From IMG/VR virus record IMGVR_UViG_3300045988_163663: 64,000 bases of DNA. One strand, given 5' to 3'. Position 1 is the stretch's first letter. Each line of letters begins with the position of its first letter. A program made the position numbers and the translations under genes. Shown piece by piece: positions 43,807 to 54,834 of the stretch. A model generated the notes under the pieces. It saw only the letters and a program-made list of their open reading frames with translations, searched no databases and was not told the origin of the DNA. Origin of the DNA: a virus.

Positions 43807-44265
43807 ATGTATATTAAATAGAAGAAACCAAAAAGAGAATACTCAAAAGGTTTACTTATTCAAGAGTCAGCTCTTATTTGGATAACAAGCCTTTTATATA
43901 TTGCTTTGGCATTTTTTTGTATAGTTCAAGGATATACTGGGTCTTTACCTTGGATAACTGCTTCAGCTTCTCTGCCTTGGGCGGCTTATGGTGTTAGCCA
44001 GGTATTTTATTATAAAAAGAGTATGCTGGAAAATACAAAAGGCGGCATTAAATATGATACTGTAATGAAAGAATTAGATAATTAGTTAGAGAAGTATTTA
44101 AATATGACTTATACTAATAATGCTGACTTTAATGAAGTAATTAAAGAATTAATTAAAAATAATTAGGTTTCTACTTCTTCATCTAATTCTACTGCTACTA
44201 CTGATTTAACAGTTTATACTGATAGTTAGAATAGTGAAGAACTAAATATGGATTACGGTATTTGA
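43807..44265 (+). CDS. putative holin, recoded
   Basis: Immediately follows the endolysin. Two predicted TM helices ('ALIWITSLLYIALAFFCIV', 'LPWITASASLPWAAYGV'). Four TAG codons. TGA stop. Confidence 0.45.
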
Positions 44266-44322
44266 TTTTTAGAATATAATATAATAAAATATATTATAAA
44301 AGATAAAAAGGAGATATAAATT

Positions 44323-44610
44323 ATGAAGTATTTTATTGATATTCCTGCTGAATATCTTGATGAACTAAAGGATAGCTATTTTGAAACTGAAGCTTATAAG
44401 GATATTATGGCTGAAGTAATTGTCCGTGATAGAGATTGTGATAATGATACATTAACTAAAGTTACTAATCTTTATAAGAATGCACTCATTCGTTATACAA
44501 AAGCTAAGGCTGATCTGGAACTTGATTTTGTTCGTAAAAATTATCCGACAGTTACAAGCTGGACTGCAACATTTGGCGATAATAAGCTCGAAATTAATAC
44601 TACTGATTAA
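44323..44610 (+). CDS. hypothetical protein
   Basis: RBS 'aaaaggag' then ATG. 95 aa. Followed by a terminator. Confidence 0.4.
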   Translation: MKYFIDIPAEYLDELKDSYFETEAYKDIMAEVIVRDRDCDNDTLTKVTNLYKNALIRYTKAKADLELDFVRKNYPTVTSWTATFGDNKLEINTTD

Positions 44611-44616
44611 TATAAA

Positions 44617-44646
44617 TGGAGGAGAAATCCTCCATTTATTTTTTTA
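44617..44646 (+). terminator. rho-independent terminator
   Basis: 'tggaggagaaatcctcca' followed by T-run. Confidence 0.7.
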
Positions 44647-44980
44647 TTTATTTTTTTATAAAAATATTATATAATATATATAAGAAAAATATAGATATTT
44701 TCTATATTTAGAATACAAAAAAATTTTAAGAAAATCAAGGTCAAGATACATTCATTGACTTTAAAAAAAAATTATGGTAAAATACTAATTATGAAAGATA
44801 TAGATTGTAAAGTATTAAATAAATAGGATAAAATTTTAGTATATATAAACAAAGATGTTCCAGTTGATGAAACACTATCTCTTTATAGAAATATACAAAA
44901 ACAATTTCCTGATAATAAAATTATAATTATTCATAGTCAATTTATAGATGGTATTGATATTTTAAAAGAAAGGACTGAAT

Positions 44981-45574
44981 TTGATGAATTACTTCAACCA
45001 TTTGAAAACAGTCTTAACTCATAAAAAATGGGTTAATAGATATTGTAGAATGGCTGGGATTCCTTGGCGAGGGATTAAACATGACTTATCCAAATTCTCA
45101 AATATTGAATTTAAAGAGAGTTGTAAATATTGGACTGGTAATAGAAGCCCAATAGATAACTGCAAAGATGAAAATGGATACAGTAAAGCTTGGCAGCATC
45201 ATAAAGGCTGCAATACACATCATTGGGAATACTGGATTGATAATATTGGTGATGGACATCCCAATGCAATTCTTATGCCTTATAAAGATTGTGTAGAAAT
45301 GATTTGTGATTATCTTGGAGCCGCCAGAGCTTACATGGGTTCTGATTTTACCTATACAAAAGAATACGAATGGTGGCTAGGAAAACGTAAACATGTTCTT
45401 ATGCATCCTGTCGTTAAAGAATTTGTAGATGTAGTATTTATTTTTCTTAAAAAATATCATACTAATCCAAAAGCTATCTTAAATGAAGAATTTCTTAAAG
45501 GAACCTATAATCAGCTAATTCGTAAATATCGGATGGATAATCCTCATGATTGGCAGAAAGGACCTTCTTTATGA
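44981..45574 (+). CDS. hypothetical protein, His/Trp/Cys-rich
   Basis: 197-aa ORF. 'WQHHKGCNTHHWEYW'. No TAG. Confidence 0.45.
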   Translation: MMNYFNHLKTVLTHKKWVNRYCRMAGIPWRGIKHDLSKFSNIEFKESCKYWTGNRSPIDNCKDENGYSKAWQHHKGCNTHHWEYWIDNIGDGHPNAILMPYKDCVEMICDYLGAARAYMGSDFTYTKEYEWWLGKRKHVLMHPVVKEFVDVVFIFLKKYHTNPKAILNEEFLKGTYNQLIRKYRMDNPHDWQKGPSL

Positions 45575-46047
45575 TTATTTACACTGATGGAGCTTGTCAA
45601 GATAATGGCAAAGCTAATAGTAAAGGTGGATATGGTGTAGTAGTCTGTGATGATAATGGTAAATTAATTGACGCTTATGGCCATTGGGAGACTAATACTA
45701 CAAATAATATTCAAGAATTAAAAGCTGTTCTTTATGCTATGATACAATATGGTAATGATCCTAGATCTATTCCTATTGTATATACAGATAGTTCTTATGT
45801 GCATCAGACATTTACAAAATGGATGTATGGTTGGGCTAATAATGGATGGCGTAAAAGTGATAAAAAAATTCCTGAAAACCTTGATTTAATTCAAGCATAT
45901 TATAACTTAGTCAAAAAAGGATATAGAATTGATTTGCGTAAAGTAGCAGGTCATTCGGGCGTTAAAGGCAATGAATTGGCTGATATGATTGCTACTGGTA
46001 AAACTGATCCGATTAATTTAAAAAAAGGAGCAGATATGAATGAGTAA
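45571..46047 (+). CDS. rnh: ribonuclease H
   Basis: 'IIYTDGACQDNGKANSKGGYGVV..VYTDSSYV..WRKSDKK..NLDL' RNase HI fold. ATG 45571 with overlap. The upstream 45550 is an alternative start. Confidence 0.6.
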   Translation: MIIYTDGACQDNGKANSKGGYGVVVCDDNGKLIDAYGHWETNTTNNIQELKAVLYAMIQYGNDPRSIPIVYTDSSYVHQTFTKWMYGWANNGWRKSDKKIPENLDLIQAYYNLVKKGYRIDLRKVAGHSGVKGNELADMIATGKTDPINLKKGADMNE

Positions 46048-47747
46048 TAAAGTATATACAGAAGATAGTATTCAATCATTAACTCCATTGGAATTTACTC
46101 GTCTTAGACCAGGTGTATATTGTGGCTCAACTGAATATTCTACTCAATTACTTATTGAAATTGTATCAAATGCAATTGATGAATTTAAAGCAGGTCATGG
46201 CGATACTATTAAAGTTGATATTACTAAAGATAATGTAATTATTGTTGAAGATAATGGACAAGGTTTTATTCCAAATGCAATGCGAGAAGATGGTAAAACT
46301 ATTCTTGAAGCATCATTTGGAGTATTAAATACCTCTGGTAAATATGATGATGATGGTGTATACGAAGGAACTGCCCTGGGTCTTAATGGTATTGGTAGTA
46401 AATTAGCCACATATCTATCTCATTGGCTTGAAGTAATTACTTATCGAGATGGCAAATATGAACATGTCTGGTTTAAAGAAGGCGAATTTGTTAAACGCGA
46501 ATGTGGAGATTGGAATAACAAAAATAACCCTTCAGGTACCTTAGTACAATGGCAACCCAGTGAAGAATTTTTTACTCATACTGAAGTCAATTTAAATACT
46601 ATTAAACAGTTATTTAAAGTTCTTGTATGTTTATGTCCTGGTTTAAAAATTCTTCTTAATGGTGAAGAATACTATTCTGCTAATGGATTAACTGATTTAG
46701 TAAATGATGCAGTTAAAAATACTGAAATAATTAATAATAGATTAATTATTAAAAAGAATGAAGGAAAGAATAAATTAGATTTTGAATTAACCTATACTGG
46801 CAGTTATTCATCTATCATTGTTCCTTATGTAAATACCGGACTTACTGATAGTGGCCCGCATATTACCTTAATTAAAACTATTCTTACTCGTGAATTAAAT
46901 AAATTCTTCCGTGAGAAAAAATGGTTAAAAGAAAAAGAAGAAAATTTATCGGGAGATGATTGTCAAGAAGGCTTATATCTTGTATTCAATCTTACTACTC
47001 CTGGAGTAAGTTATGATGCTCAAACTAAGAGTAGAATTGTAAAATTAGATATGTCTCCATTTACCCCTTGGATCACTGAAAGTATTAGACAATGGCTTGA
47101 GCTTAATGAGAAATCAATTAAAATTATTGCTGATAAAGCTCTAAATGCACGTCGAGCAAGAGAAGCTGCCCGCAAAGCCAGAGAGACTGTCCGCAATCAG
47201 AATGAAAAGAAACAAAAAGCCTTAAAATTTGATAGTAAATTAGCTGATTGTTATAGTAAGAAACGTAGTCAATGTGAAATTTATATTACAGAGGGCGATA
47301 GTGCAAGTGGTAACTTAAAAGATGCTCGTAATAATGAATTTCAAGCAGTTTTGCCTGTCCGTGGTAAAATTTTAAATACTCAAAAAGCAAGTCTTGATAA
47401 AATCCAAAAGAATGCAGAAATTATGACTATGATTCAAGCATTTGGTTTAACTATTGATCCTAAGAATATGAAAATCACTTATCATCCAGAGGACTTACGA
47501 TATGGTAAAATTATCATTATGAGTGATGCTGATGTGGATGGTGCTCATATTAAAAATCTATTTTATACCTTCATTTGGAATTTCTGTCCAGAATTAATTA
47601 AAGATGGATATGTATATGCCGGTGTGCCACCACTTTATAAGATTACTATTGGTAAAAAATATAAATACCTTAAAAATGATGAAGCACTTGAAGCATTTCG
47701 TAAAGAAAATATAGGTAAAAAGTATATCGTTAATCGTATGAAAGGGT
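46040..47747 (+). CDS. type II topoisomerase large subunit (GyrB or T4 gp39-like), exon 1, ending at the 5' splice site
   Basis: GHKL ATPase 'IEIVSNAIDE..DNGQGF'. TOPRIM 'EIYITEGDSASG'. The ORF reaches 'NRMKG' then TAA. The first T of that TAA is the predicted last exon nucleotide. Confidence 0.6.
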
Positions 47748-48776
47748 AAGAAGAAAGTCTGGCCCTTACTCACTTTACCACTTATCAGTGGGGTCTATTA
47801 ATTGTAATAGGCTAACGAGGTAGTCTTCAAAAAACAATTGGACATTTCAGGAAATCTTGAAATGGATAAAATTTAAATATAAATGAAGATAATCTCGTGG
47901 GAAGAAACTATGATATTATCTTACTAATTAAGTGAGGTAATTATAATGATAGGTATATATAAAATTACAAATAAAATAAATAATTTTTCTTATATTGGAT
48001 AGAGTACTCAAATTGAAGAACGATTTAAAGAACATAAAAGCCAATATAATTGGAATAAAGAAACTAATAAACGATTATATCAGGCTATTCAAAAATTTGG
48101 GTTAGAAAATTTTACATTTGAAATATTAGAAGAATGTAAAATGAATCAATTAAATGAACGAGAATAGTATTATATTAAATATTATAATACTTATCCTGAC
48201 CAATACAACATGACTCCTGGAGGACAATTTAATGCTGAAGAATGTCATCCCAGTCATAAATTAACTAAACAAGATGTCATTAATATTCGTTCTCGATATA
48301 ATAATCACGAACGAAAAAATAAAGTTTATGAAGATTATAAAGATTTAATTGGAGAATCAGGTTTTCATAAAATATGGAATGGTGAAACGTGGAAAAATGT
48401 TATGCCAGAAGTATTTACTGAAGAAAATAAAAATTTTCATAAACACAACACATCAAATGAAGGTAGTGAAAATGGTCGTTCTCGCTTAAATGAAAATGAT
48501 GTATATCAAATAAGATTACGTCGTAAAAATGGTGAAAATATAAGAAAAGTTTATAAGGACTATTCTAATAAAATAACATATGGTTCATTTACGAATGTAT
48601 GGACTTATTAGAATTGGAAAAATATCATAGTTTAAACCTGTATCGACTATCCCTGTTGTTAGGGAGTAGAAATGCTATTGATACGCATTTCAAAAAGGTG
48701 AGCACAATGAAGGCAGTTAATACGTAAGCCTGAGTGAAGAAATAGTCAGTGCCAATAGTGATATTGGATAATCGCG
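47748..48776 (+). mobile_element. group I intron carrying a GIY-YIG ORF inside the topoisomerase gene
   Basis: The 5' exon ends in U at 47747. The intron ends in G at 48776. P7-like 'cgactatcc' and 'aaatagtcag' elements. Ligating the exons gives 'atg aaa ggg t|ta ggc gaa atg', which is MKGLGEM, the conserved GyrB 'YKGLGEM'. Confidence 0.55.
47946..48611 (+). CDS. GIY-YIG homing endonuclease, intron-encoded, recoded
   Basis: 'GIYKITNKINNFSYIG*STQIEERFKEH'. ORF 48210-48611 is in frame. Several TAG codons. Confidence 0.65.
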
Positions 48777-48967
48777 TAGGCGAAATGGATGTTGATGAAA
48801 CAGAAGAAACATTGACTGACCCTGAAAATCGTATTATTAAACAGATTACTGTAGAAGATATAGAAGCAACTGACAAATTATTTGAAGATTTAATGGGACA
48901 AGGCGTTAATGCTCGAAAAGCTTATATCAAAGAACATTCAAAGGAGGCAACCTATAATGCTGAATAA
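48777..48967 (+). CDS. topoisomerase II large subunit, exon 2 (GyrB C-terminus)
   Basis: '(L)GEMDVDETEETLTDPENRIIKQITVEDIEATDKLFEDLMGQGVNARKAYIKEH' matches E. coli GyrB '[54 protein letters not shown]'. Confidence 0.55.
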
Positions 48968-51290
48968 TGATGTATTACATGAATTAGGCACTAATTTTAT
49001 TGAGTATGCCGTTGCCGTTAATACAGATAGAGCTATTCCCAATGCTACTGATGGATTAAAACCAGTAGCAAAGAGAATCCTCTATGGTGCTTATGATTGT
49101 GGTTTTAAAAATGATAAACCTCATGTTAAATGTGCTAATATCGTTGGTAATGTAATGGCTGATTGGCATCCTCATGGTGATACTTCTATTTATGGTGCAT
49201 TAATTCGATTAAGTCAAAATTGGGTAATGCGTTATCCTTTAATTGATTTTCATGGGGCTAATGGTAATATTGGTGGTGACCCTCCTGCAGCACAACGTTA
49301 TACAGAAGCTCGTTTAGCTAAAATTACTGAAGAAGGAATGTTATCTTCTATTAAAAAAGATAGTGTAGATTTCGTTCCTAATTATTCAGAAACTAAACAA
49401 GAACCTGTCGAATTGCCTTCTATTTTTCCTAATTTGTTATGTAATCCAAATTCTGGCATCGGTGTTGCAATGGCTTGTTCTTGGGCACCACATAATTTAA
49501 AAGAAGTTGCTCAAGCCATTTATGATTATATTGATGGTAAAGAACCAATGCTTCCTGGTCCTGACTTCCCTACTGGTGGTGTAATTATTAATAAAAATGA
49601 TATACCCGCAATTATGAAATCAGGGCATGGTTCTGTAAAGGTTAGAGGTAAATATAAATTTGAAAATAATAATATTGTATTTACTGAAATGCCTTATGGA
49701 ATTACCACTGAAGATCTAATGACTCAAATTGGTGAGTTGTGTGATGCTGGTGATATCACTGGGATTGAAGATATTCGTAATGAAAGTAATAGAAAACAAG
49801 GCTTCCGTCTTGTTATTGAATGCGAAAAAAATGCTTCTATTAAAACAGTTTTAAGTAAATTATTTGCTAAAACGAATCTTCAAACAACATTTTCTTATAA
49901 TCAAGTAGCTCTTGTTAATAAGACTCCTACTGAATTAAATCTTAAAGATTGTATTAAATTATATATTGATTTTAATTCTAATTGTATTATTAGAGAATGT
50001 AAATTTGAAATTAATAAGGCTGAAAATAGATTACATATTATTGTAGGACTATTAAAAGCATTAGATATGATTGATAAAATTATTGCAATGATTAAGCAAT
50101 CTGAAAGTTCTAATGAAGCTAAACAGACTTTAATTTCTTGGGGATTTACTGATATTCAAGCACAAGCAATTCTTGACATGAAATTATCTAAATTATCTAA
50201 ATTGGATAAAATGGATTTGGAAAAAGAAAAAGCTGAACTTGAAGCATTAATTATTAAACTTAAAGCCATTTGTGAAAATCCTATTCCTGAATTACGTTCT
50301 CGCCTTAAAAATTTAGTTGATAAATATGGCGATGAACGTAGAACTGAATTAATTCAAATTGTAGAAGAAAAAGCTGAAAAAGAAATTATTAATGTAGAAC
50401 CTGAAAAATGTGTAGTCATAATGACTGAAGGCGGAACCATTAAACGTATTCCTATTACCAGTTTTAAAACCCAAAAGAAAAATGGTAAGGGAATAAAATC
50501 ACAAGAAGATATTACTTATTGTGTATTAAGAACTAATACTATTGATAATCTTATGTTATTTACTAATAAAGGACAGATGTATCGTCTATTGGTAAATGAT
50601 ATTCCAGTAGGAACAAATGTAAGTGCAGGAACTCCTATTTCAGCATTGATTACAATGGAACCTGGCGAAAAAGTTACTACAATGTATTCTATTTATAGAG
50701 ATACAAACGCCGAATTTGTTTTATTTGCCTCTAAGAATGGTTTAATTAAAAAAACTACTCTTGAAGAATATATTAAAACAAAAAAGAAAACTGGTATGTC
50801 TGCTGTTATTATTAGAGAAAATGATGCATTAGCTAATGTTTCTCTAATTAAAGATGAACAATTAATTATTCTCACAAAGAATGGTTATGCAATTAGATTT
50901 AACAGTAGTGAAATTGGATCTACTTCTCGAAATAGCAGTGGTGTAAAAGGTATTAACTTAGTAGATGATGAAATTGTCTGTGTCTTGCCATTAAGAGACA
51001 ATAATGATTATTTAGGACTATTTACTCAAAATGGATTTGCTAAAAAAGTTAAATTAAGTGAATTACCTATTCAAAAACGTAGTGGCCGCGGCATTAATCT
51101 ATATAAGGTAGATAAAATGACTGGTCCGATTGTTGGTGGTTCTTTGATTAATGATACAGATAATTTATTTATTGGTGGCGATAAGCACAATATTTGTATT
51201 TCTGCTAAAGATATTACATTGGGTTCTAAATATGCTGTTGGTTCATCAGTAATTAAAAATAGTAGAGTAAAATCAATTACAAAAATTTAA
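48957..51290 (+). CDS. type II topoisomerase subunit A (GyrA or T4 gp52-like)
   Basis: RBS 'aaggagg' then ATG 48957. 'AVAVNTDRAIPNATDGLKPVAKRILY' DNA breakage-reunion domain. 'HPHGD' motif. Confidence 0.65.
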   Translation: MLNNDVLHELGTNFIEYAVAVNTDRAIPNATDGLKPVAKRILYGAYDCGFKNDKPHVKCANIVGNVMADWHPHGDTSIYGALIRLSQNWVMRYPLIDFHGANGNIGGDPPAAQRYTEARLAKITEEGMLSSIKKDSVDFVPNYSETKQEPVELPSIFPNLLCNPNSGIGVAMACSWAPHNLKEVAQAIYDYIDGKEPMLPGPDFPTGGVIINKNDIPAIMKSGHGSVKVRGKYKFENNNIVFTEMPYGITTEDLMTQIGELCDAGDITGIEDIRNESNRKQGFRLVIECEKNASIKTVLSKLFAKTNLQTTFSYNQVALVNKTPTELNLKDCIKLYIDFNSNCIIRECKFEINKAENRLHIIVGLLKALDMIDKIIAMIKQSESSNEAKQTLISWGFTDIQAQAILDMKLSKLSKLDKMDLEKEKAELEALIIKLKAICENPIPELRSRLKNLVDKYGDERRTELIQIVEEKAEKEIINVEPEKCVVIMTEGGTIKRIPITSFKTQKKNGKGIKSQEDITYCVLRTNTIDNLMLFTNKGQMYRLLVNDIPVGTNVSAGTPISALITMEPGEKVTTMYSIYRDTNAEFVLFASKNGLIKKTTLEEYIKTKKKTGMSAVIIRENDALANVSLIKDEQLIILTKNGYAIRFNSSEIGSTSRNSSGVKGINLVDDEIVCVLPLRDNNDYLGLFTQNGFAKKVKLSELPIQKRSGRGINLYKVDKMTGPIVGGSLINDTDNLFIGGDKHNICISAKDITLGSKYAVGSSVIKNSRVKSITKI

Positions 51291-51308
51291 GAGAAGATTA
51301 TATTTAAA

Positions 51309-51608
51309 ATGAAAAGAATAAAAATTATTTATAAAGATTATGATTTTAGGCATTTTTGTGATGATTATGAATATAAATATTCAGAAAGTTATAAAAATGA
51401 TATTGAATTTTTAAATGTAAAGAATTATTTAGGTAGAGAAGAAATAGTATCTATTGAACCTTGGTCAATATGTTGGTATGATAATAATGAAAGACAAATC
51501 TTGTTTGAATCCCCTGACAAGCATGATGTTTTCATTAATTGTTCTAAATCTACTTTTGGAAAATATATTGCAGAATGTTTAGATAATTTAATGCAATTTA
51601 AAATTTGA
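51309..51608 (+). CDS. hypothetical protein
   Basis: 99-aa ORF with RBS. Confidence 0.35.
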   Translation: MKRIKIIYKDYDFRHFCDDYEYKYSESYKNDIEFLNVKNYLGREEIVSIEPWSICWYDNNERQILFESPDKHDVFINCSKSTFGKYIAECLDNLMQFKI

Positions 51609-51663
51609 TTTGCATTTCAAAAAATATTTTAATATAATATAAATAAAGAAAGGGACATAAATT

Positions 51664-52872
51664 ATGTCTTTCTCTCAAGAACTTATTGATAAATATGCTC
51701 CTGAAGCTGAGTGTATTCAAGCAATGAAAATTTGGAAACTTCCTGATGGAAAAGAAAATATGTTTCCAGAAATGTGTATTAATGGGAATTATTTTGCTGA
51801 ATTAAAAAAAGATGGATATTGGTATGAGTTTGAAAAAACTAATAATCATATGTATCTTTTCAGTAGGAATGTTAGTAAAAATACTGGCATTCTTACTGAA
51901 AAATTAGCAAATGTTCCTCATATTAAAGAAGCGTTACAAGTTATTCCTACGGGAACAATTTTAATTGGTGAAATTTATTATCCAGGTAAAACATCTAAAG
52001 ATGTAACACGAGTAATGGGTTGTTTAGCTGATGAAGCTATTAACCGCCAAAAAGATAATCCAGTTCATTTTTATTTACATGATGTAATTAAATATAATGG
52101 AATAGATTTACAATCTTATGGTGCATTAACTCGTTATAAAGTATTATGTAAAATTTGGGAAAAATTTAATTTAAGTCAATATCCATTTATGGAACTTGCA
52201 AAAGCAATTTATGAAGATATTTATGATTATACTGCTCAAGCTCTTAAAGATGGAGAAGAAGGCGTAGTTCTTAAATTAAAAACTGCTCAATATGCTCCTG
52301 ACAAAAGACCAGCTTGGTCGTCTATTAAAATTAAAAAAATTGATTATCTTGATGCAATTCTTATTGGTTTTGATGATGCGACTAAAGAATATGAAGGTAA
52401 AGAAATTCAGAGTTGGCAATATTGGGAAGTAAAAGAACCAAGTTTTTATGATTGTTTTGAAGAAGATCATTGTTTTGCTGGTTGGGTTAATCCTAAATTA
52501 GTAAGCGGTAATTATTATTATAAATATACTCAAAACCGCAGTAATACTAATTGGGGTCCTCAATTAGTAAATGATAATGAAAGATGTTATACACCAGTTA
52601 CTAAAGGATATTTTTATGGATGGAAAACTGCAATTCACATTGGAGCCTATGATGATGATGGCAACATTGTAGAAATTGGAACAGTCTCTTCAGGCCTAAC
52701 TGATGAATTACGTGCTGATTTTGCAAAACATCCTGAAAAGTATCTTAATAGAGTAGTTTCTTTACAATGTATGGAAAAATCTGTAAAAGATCATACATTA
52801 CGTCATGCCTTCTTTAAAGGATTCCGCAATGATAAAAATCCACAGGATTGTTTATTGAATACAATATTTTGA
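51664..52872 (+). CDS. ATP-dependent DNA ligase
   Basis: Motif I 'AELKKDGYW' (KxDG). OB-fold C-terminus. 402 aa. Promoter motif upstream. Confidence 0.6.
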   Translation: MSFSQELIDKYAPEAECIQAMKIWKLPDGKENMFPEMCINGNYFAELKKDGYWYEFEKTNNHMYLFSRNVSKNTGILTEKLANVPHIKEALQVIPTGTILIGEIYYPGKTSKDVTRVMGCLADEAINRQKDNPVHFYLHDVIKYNGIDLQSYGALTRYKVLCKIWEKFNLSQYPFMELAKAIYEDIYDYTAQALKDGEEGVVLKLKTAQYAPDKRPAWSSIKIKKIDYLDAILIGFDDATKEYEGKEIQSWQYWEVKEPSFYDCFEEDHCFAGWVNPKLVSGNYYYKYTQNRSNTNWGPQLVNDNERCYTPVTKGYFYGWKTAIHIGAYDDDGNIVEIGTVSSGLTDELRADFAKHPEKYLNRVVSLQCMEKSVKDHTLRHAFFKGFRNDKNPQDCLLNTIF

Positions 52873-52905
52873 CAAAGTTCAAAAAAAATAATATAATATA
52901 TTCGT
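52869..52905 (+). promoter_or_regulatory. promoter, TTGACA-N17-TATAAT
   Basis: 'ttgacaaagttcaaaaaaaataatataat'. Confidence 0.45.
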
Positions 52906-53223
52906 AAATAAGGAAGAAAAATTTTTCTATATGAAAAGAAAAGAGCTAAAAAATTTAGCTAATAAAATTGCTAAATTAGAATAGATAATTTAGCGTAATG
53001 AAGACCCGAAGCAAGTTCAGCAAGCAAAAGATGAAATTATGAAGCTTTCAGGCCATGTAGATAGTTTGGAAGATATTATGCTTATGGATGAACTTATTTA
53101 GGATATTCTAAAAAATTCTTGATTTTAAAAAAATTTTTTAGTAGAATATTTACATAAGCTAAATGCTTAAAAAAGAAAAAAAACAATAAAAATAAAAAAT
53201 ATTTAAGGAGATTATTATTTATT

Positions 53224-53490
53224 ATGATGAAGGAAAATACTAAGAAAGTTTTTAGTTATCTAAAGAGTGTTAATGGTGAATAGGTCACCGCTGCTGATGT
53301 TGCTGAGGCTCTCGGTCTTGAGAAGCGTACTGTTGATGGCATCTTTACTTCTGCTATTCAGCGCAAGGGCTTTGGCGTTCGTACCCCTGCTGAGGTTGAA
53401 CTTGATGATGGCACCCATAAGGCTGTAAAGTTCCTCTCTCTTACTGAAGCTGGTCTTGCTCTTGACCTTGACGCAGAAGACGCTGAGTAA
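53224..53490 (+). CDS. small winged-helix DNA-binding protein, one TAG, GC-rich
   Basis: 'VTAADVAEALGLEKRTVDGIFTSAIQRKGF' HTH. GC is clearly above background. Confidence 0.45.
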
Positions 53491-53509
53491 TTTAATATAA
53501 AATTTAAAA

Positions 53510-53538
53510 GGGCAAAGTAATTTGCCCTTTTTCTTTTT
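53510..53538 (+). terminator. rho-independent terminator
   Basis: 'gggcaaagtaatttgccc' followed by T-run. Confidence 0.65.
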
Positions 53539-53542
53539 AAAT

Positions 53543-54540
53543 ATGACTGTAATTTATTGCGTAATATGTTTTCTTCTTGGTGCTGGTCTTTTATATTTAG
53601 GACTGCGTAATAAATTAAAAGCCACAATTGAATTAGATACTCAAACAAGAGAAGAAAACGCAAAAATAATTGAAGAAAGTCAAAGACTTCTTCAAAAACA
53701 AAATTAGTTAAATGAAGAAATATCTAATTTAAATAATGAATATACTTCTCTAATTAAAGATATAAATTATTTAAAAGATAAAAAGCAAACTCTTGATGAT
53801 AGTTATGAACAAGCAAATAAAAATGCTGAATTATATTATCAAAAAGCAAATGATTTAGCTACAGAAAAATTTGCTTAGTCTGCAGAACGTATGGCTCAAG
53901 AATACCAATAGGCAGAAGATAACTATCAACAAGAATATTTAAAAGTAATTGAAGAAACCGCTAAACAATATGAATTAACTATTGATAAAAAATAGAAAGA
54001 ATTAAAATTAGTTCTTACTAAATTAGCTGATGCAAAAGCAAAACAAGATGCAATTGTTGAAGCTAATAAACGTGCGGAAGAAGTAAAACAAAAAGAATAG
54101 TTTTATAAACTTAATTTAAGTGAAATTGATATTGAAGAAATTAAAAAAATTCGTTCAATTATTCCTTATTTAAGAAGTGCTGAACCAATTAATAAAGTAA
54201 TTTGGAAAGTATATTATGAAAAACCTTATAGTGATTTAATAGGCAGAGTAATTGGTTAGAAAATTCGTACAGGTATTTATAAAATTACTAATATAGAAAG
54301 TTAGAAATGCTATATTGGTTAGGCAGTTAATATAGCTGACCGTTGGAAACAACATATAAAACGTGGAGTAGGTGCTGAAGCACCAACCCGTAATAAGCTT
54401 TATCCGGCAATGTATGAATTAGGTCCGGAACAATTTACTTTTGAAGTTCTTGAAGATTGTGATAAATCCCTATTGGATAGTCGAGAAGATTATTGGCAGG
54501 AATTTTATCAAGCAAAAGAATTTGGTTATAGTATTAAATA
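53543..54540 (+). CDS. TM and coiled-coil protein with a C-terminal GIY-YIG nuclease domain, recoded
   Basis: N-terminal TM 'VIYCVICFLLGAGLLYLGL'. About 200 aa of coiled coil. Then 'IRTGIYKITNIES*KCYIG*AVNIADRWKQH'. Single frame, 8 TAG codons. Confidence 0.45.
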
Positions 54541-54552
54541 AGGAGAAAAAAA

Positions 54553-54834
54553 ATGTATAGAATTATTGATAAACGTGGTTCTGGTAAAACAGGTAGATTA
54601 TTTTTAATTGCTAAAGATACAGGAGCTACTATTGTATGTTCTAATCCTGCAATGATGTAGGAAAAAGCCCTATATTATGGATTTAAAGATTTAAATTTTA
54701 TGTCTTATGCTGATTATGTTAATTGTTATAAAGGACGCGGCTATAGTCAAAAGTTTTTAATTGATGAAATTGAATTACTTGTTAAATGCCTTGGAAATGT
54801 AATTGGCTATTCTTTATCGGAGGATGAAACCTAA
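54553..54834 (+). CDS. hypothetical protein, one TAG
   Basis: RBS 'aaggag' then ATG. 'RGSGKTGRLFLIAKDTGA'. Confidence 0.4.

Noticed and set aside
53358-53663. 101-aa minus-strand ORF overlapping the GC-rich wHTH gene and its terminator.
   Set aside because: It is antisense to a plus-strand gene with an RBS and a terminator. Arg/Ser/Ala-rich translation is typical of GC-rich antisense frames.
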